From the NCBI GenBank assembly GCA_028823955.1, contig JAPPFE010000020.1:19797-83796 (forward strand): a DNA stretch of 64,000 nucleotides, read 5' to 3'. Origin of the DNA: Candidatus Dadabacteria bacterium (GTDB lineage Bacteria > Desulfobacterota_D > UBA1144 > Nemesobacterales > Nemesobacteraceae). Under the pieces are notes generated by a model. It was given only the letters and a program-made list of their open reading frames with translations, made no database searches and was not told the origin of the DNA. Made by a program: the position numbers and the translations under genes. This document shows positions 60,783 through 64,000 of the stretch, in pieces; the first letter of the stretch is position 1, and every line of letters starts with the position of its first letter.

Positions 60783-61081
60783 ATCAATCCTTCCTCTTCG
60801 CCAAGCAGCTGCTCGATAACGCTCTCGGGGGCCGCATGGGAATCCGCTCCGCCGTAGTTCATCACGCCCGCAAGAAACCCGACCGCAAGAAACAAGACAA
60901 GGCAGAAAGCGGGAACGGGCGACCAGAACACCCTGAAGACCCATCTCAAAACACCCCGTCTCTGCCGGATAAGCGACGCCGCGCTTATGATTCTCCCGGC
61001 CAGGTCGCCGGGGGGCGGGGGAACATCATACGATCGCAACAACTCCTCAAGTCTCCTGTCCTTATCCATATCCCTTCTCAA
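60779..61081 (-). CDS. Membrane anti-sigma factor (putative)
   Basis: 100 aa, single TM helix, translationally coupled downstream of the ECF sigma gene. Confidence 0.5.
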   Translation of the reverse strand: MRRDMDKDRRLEELLRSYDVPPPPGDLAGRIISAASLIRQRRGVLRWVFRVFWSPVPAFCLVLFLAVGFLAGVMNYGGADSHAAPESVIEQLLGEEEGLI

Positions 61082-61626
61082 AGATAATGGTCCATCTCCC
61101 GTCTGAGTGTCGCCTTGGCCCTCATGAGCAAAGAGCGAAGCGCCGAAACGCTTACCTTCATTATCCCGGCGGCGTCCTCATGTCTCAGTTCCTCACAGAA
61201 GCAGAGAATCAAAGCGGTTTTCTGCCTCGGAGGCAGCCTCTTGATCTCCCTTGCAAGCAGGGCTCTCGTCTCACTCTCGGCAACCTTGCTTTCTGAGTCA
61301 GGACCCTCGTCCCTCACTTCAAACGATTCGGGAACCACCGCCTCGCCACGTTTTTTCCTGCTGTCAAGACAGAGGTTTACCACCACCCGGTAAAACCAGG
61401 TGGTGAACCTTGCTCCTCTTCGAGGATCCCATATATCCGGAGTCTCCCAAAGCTTTATAAATGCCGCCTGCACTATGTCTTCTGCTTCCTCGCGCCTGGC
61501 AGTGTAGCGATAGGCAAGCCGGTAATACCTGTCGCTATGCCTCCTTACAAGCACGGCTAACGCCGCACGGTCGCCTTCCCCTACGCGTTCAAGCAAGCTT
61601 TCATCGTCCGGTGACTCTTTTGCCAT
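61078..61626 (-). CDS. ECF-type RNA polymerase sigma-70 factor
   Basis: Region 2 (YRLAYRYTARREEAEDIVQAAFIKLW) and region 4 (RQKTALILCFCEELRHEDAAGIMKVSVSALRSLLMRAK). Confidence 0.85.
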   Translation of the reverse strand: MAKESPDDESLLERVGEGDRAALAVLVRRHSDRYYRLAYRYTARREEAEDIVQAAFIKLWETPDIWDPRRGARFTTWFYRVVVNLCLDSRKKRGEAVVPESFEVRDEGPDSESKVAESETRALLAREIKRLPPRQKTALILCFCEELRHEDAAGIMKVSVSALRSLLMRAKATLRREMDHYL

Positions 61627-61687
61627 GCGGTCTGTTTCCGTTTAACCGTGGCCGCAAAGCGCCACCGATCTTATTGCTGTTTACGCG

Positions 61688-62017
61688 CTATTTGCCGGCG
61701 CACTGCCCGGAATCTTTTTTCTTCTCTCTGTGCTTTTCTTTCTTGGCGGCCCAGTATTTCTTTACTTCTTCCTTCGTAAGACTGCCGTTGCCGTCAGCGT
61801 CCATCTTGGCGAATTTTTTCTCCACGTGGGCCATAAACTCGGCCTTTGAGATAACGCCGTCAGAGTTTGTGTCTTTTTTCTCGAACATTCTGTCCATTTT
61901 AGCGGACTTTCTGGGGCAATCTGCTTTCTTACCACAATCTCCGCAATGGGCCGAGGCGAATGTCGCCCCACCGAAGAACAGAATCGCCAATACGGAAAAC
62001 ATCAATGCTTTTCTCAT
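61688..62017 (-). CDS. Secreted EF-hand calcium-binding protein (two EF-hand loops)
   Basis: Signal peptide. DTNSDGVISKAEF and DADGNGSLTKEE 12-residue EF-loops. Cys-rich HCGDCGKKADC N-terminal segment. Confidence 0.7.
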   Translation of the reverse strand: MRKALMFSVLAILFFGGATFASAHCGDCGKKADCPRKSAKMDRMFEKKDTNSDGVISKAEFMAHVEKKFAKMDADGNGSLTKEEVKKYWAAKKEKHREKKKDSGQCAGK

Positions 62018-62198
62018 TACGCACCTCCATGTGATTTATGAACTTAGAGTTAGTTTACAAGTTTATACGAACGAGAAAGAAAAAGTGTTCGCGGCAAACA
62101 AGATAATTCATCAAAAAAACGAAAAAGTTGTCCTAAAATTAGAGTTCACCCCTCGAGATCTATTTAAGCTGACCCTCACATTACATAAGACCACGAAC

Positions 62199-63356
62199 TT
62201 ACTCGACCGTAACTCCAGTCCCTTCAATTATTTTTTCAACCCTCTTCTCCCACGTGTACCCGACCGCGTCCGAGCGGGCCCCTTCCGAAATCCGCGCACA
62301 AAGCTCTGAATCAGCAAGCACGAGGCCAAGCGCCCGAATAAACTCTCCCTCGTTATCAGGAGGAGTAACAACCGAGTTCTCCCCCGGCCTCAGTATCTCA
62401 AGAACCGACGGAACCCCGGTCGCAACAATGGGTTTTCCAGCGGCCATATACTCGAAAAGCTTAAGCGGAGAAGTAAACTTCCCGGCCTCCGTCCCATCCC
62501 TTATAGTTACCTTGGACGAATAGGGCATAACCAAAACATCTGAGGCAAGGAGGTAAGAGGGTACTTCCCGTTGTCGCACAAATCCCTCTATTCTGAAATT
62601 TGCCGATCCATCCTGCCTCGCCATCTCGTGCCAAAGCACGTTGTCCTGTTCCCTACCCCCGACAATGAGAAACTCAACCTCGGGCATCTGCGCCGCGGCG
62701 CGCACCAGAATCTCAAGCCCCCTTCCCCTGTAAGTGTTTCCACAGTAGCAAACTATTTTTCTCTCGAGCGGAAGACCGAGGCGCTCCCGAAGCGAGGAAA
62801 TGTCATGTTCTCCTTCGAACGCCTCCCGTTCGAAGCCGTTCGGGGCCACCATGGGATTTTGCCCAGTCATCCCGAGGCAGAAGTATATGTCGTGTAGACC
62901 CCGCGAATTAAAGGACATCCCGAGCAGGTTCTTCGAGCGGGAAAAAGAACCTATTATTCTTTCGGCTGACCAGTTAACCGGAGGGTGGTGAGCGTCGTAG
63001 ACCGTTGGCACCCCGAAAATTTTGGTTGCGAACCAAGCGAAGATAAGGTCCCTAGTGAGCACGAGATCAAAATTTTCTTTTTCTCCGCAAGCATAAAAGG
63101 AGCTTAAAAAACCATGTAGCGGCCGTCTGGCAAGCCCACCCGAAAGCGCAATCGAGGTTACACGAAAAGGATTCTTGATACCGTAATACGAAAAAAGTCT
63201 TTTCTTGTTAACGCGCCCCGGCAGAACGCACTCAACCTCGATTCCAAGGTTGGTCATCGCCTGGCACATCTTGAGCATGTGAACGGCGCTGGCCCCTTCT
63301 GTAAAAAGCGGGTGGCTTCCTACGTAAAGCACCCTCAGTCCTTCGTATTTTTTCAT
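62199..63356 (-). CDS. Glycosyltransferase family 1 (GT4-like)
   Basis: 385 aa, GT-B fold. C-terminal EGFGLP-type motif region (PYSSKVTIRDGTEAGKFTSPLKLFEYMAAGKPIVAT). Confidence 0.85.
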   Translation of the reverse strand: MKKYEGLRVLYVGSHPLFTEGASAVHMLKMCQAMTNLGIEVECVLPGRVNKKRLFSYYGIKNPFRVTSIALSGGLARRPLHGFLSSFYACGEKENFDLVLTRDLIFAWFATKIFGVPTVYDAHHPPVNWSAERIIGSFSRSKNLLGMSFNSRGLHDIYFCLGMTGQNPMVAPNGFEREAFEGEHDISSLRERLGLPLERKIVCYCGNTYRGRGLEILVRAAAQMPEVEFLIVGGREQDNVLWHEMARQDGSANFRIEGFVRQREVPSYLLASDVLVMPYSSKVTIRDGTEAGKFTSPLKLFEYMAAGKPIVATGVPSVLEILRPGENSVVTPPDNEGEFIRALGLVLADSELCARISEGARSDAVGYTWEKRVEKIIEGTGVTVE

Positions 63357-63549
63357 GCGGTTTTAACCCTCCTTCTCCCTCAGCTTGACTCATAACCCCG
63401 ACCTACCTTGGGGAGAATTGCTTGCGTAAAAAGCGGATGCTTCGGGATCAGAAGCTCGCTTGAGGCTATTTTACCTTGAACGCCGCCCATCCTTAAATCC
63501 GAACTGTTCCCGACACCGCGCCTGCACCAATCAGTTAGAATTAGCCTCA

Positions 63550-64000
63550 TGAACCCGCTTCTCTCGATCGATATCTCATACAGGGCGATAAAGAGCAACA
63601 AGGTAAGATCGTTTCTCACCACCCTAGGAATAATCATAGGGGTCGCGGCCGTGATTTCGCTCGTATCGATAACCGGTGGCGCAAAGAAAATGATAGAAGG
63701 ACAGCTCGCTTCCCTCGGAGCTAATTCCTTGGCAGTAAAGAGCGGAAAAATTACAAAAAGCGGAAAAACCCTCCTCGCGGGAAACGTAAAACCGCTTACC
63801 GGTAAAGATGTAGAAGCAATAGGAAACCTCGAAGCTGTCAAGTACGTCTCAGCAATATCCAACACGACCGCCAACGTGGTCTCGGGAAACAGAAACGTTT
63901 TTACCGCCGTGATAGGAACAGGAAAAGACTTCATATTCATAAACGACTGGTTTCCCGAGAGGGGGACGTTCTTTAATGAAATCGACGTACGGGGAGCGGC
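63550..64000 (+). CDS. ABC transporter permease, MacB/FtsX-like (N-terminal part; continues beyond window end)
   Basis: ATG at 63550 gives MNPLLSIDISYRAIKSNKVRSFLTTLGIIIGVAAVISLVSITGGAKKMIEGQLASLGANSL... (MacB-like N-terminal TM plus periplasmic core). Not in the ORF track because it has no stop. The minus-strand ORF 63380..63940 is its antisense artefact. Confidence 0.7.

Noticed and set aside
63380-63940. 186-aa minus-strand ORF.
   Set aside because: It is antisense to a well-formed MacB/FtsX-type permease N-terminus on the plus strand (ATG 63550, MNPLLSIDISYRAIKSNKVRSFLTTLGIIIGVAAV...). The plus-strand gene is missing from the track only because it runs off the window end.

Overview
This is a 64-kb chromosomal segment from a diderm (Gram-negative-type) bacterium with moderately high GC, densely packed with housekeeping genes.

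Recognisable blocks, in order along the window:
- tig-clpP-clpX; the clpX N-terminus runs off the window start.
- An iron/flavin redox cluster: a cytochrome c-FTR1 fusion permease, an OprO/P-like porin, a secreted FMN-binding-domain protein, a small 4-TM protein and the flavin transferase ApbE.
- tRNA-Leu(TAG) and tRNA-Lys(CTT), then MscS and an M16 peptidase.
- pssA-psd-ilvC-ilvH-grxD-bolA, a CBS-pair protein and arfB.
- A secreted SNase-like nuclease followed by a small AT-rich islet, bracketed by imperfect ~225-bp direct repeats.
- A YeiH-family transporter, a quinone oxidoreductase and an Fe/B12-type ABC importer.
- tRNA-Met(CAT), a COG1579 zinc-ribbon protein, rnhA and, immediately after it, the RNase P RNA (rnpB).
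- tyrS, gltD-gltB, birA, a CPBP protease and nadE.
- An argC / AMP-ligase / ACP operon, a DHH phosphoesterase and trpF-trpB-trpA.
- A complete Pho regulon: a second OprP-like porin, phoB-phoR, and pstSCAB-phoU with unusually long PstC and PstA.
- An M48 peptidase, an aminotransferase, a TetR regulator with a divergent large membrane-anchored protein, djlA and a Dph6-like PP-loop ATPase.
- An ECF sigma / anti-sigma / CnrX-like periplasmic sensor module, an EF-hand periplasmic protein, a GT-1 glycosyltransferase and the start of a MacB/FtsX-type ABC permease.

I found no CRISPR array, transposase or integrase.

The most interesting candidate system is the cytochrome-c-fused FTR1 iron permease with the adjacent ApbE-flavinylated periplasmic protein and porin. 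This looks like a heme/flavin-based (copper-independent) iron redox-uptake module that is only described bioinformatically. Secondary leads are the repeat-flanked islet at 17.0-18.9 kb and the argC-ligase-ACP operon. CDS boundaries were taken from the ORF track and adjusted by eye; product calls rest on recognisable motifs rather than database searches, which I cannot run.
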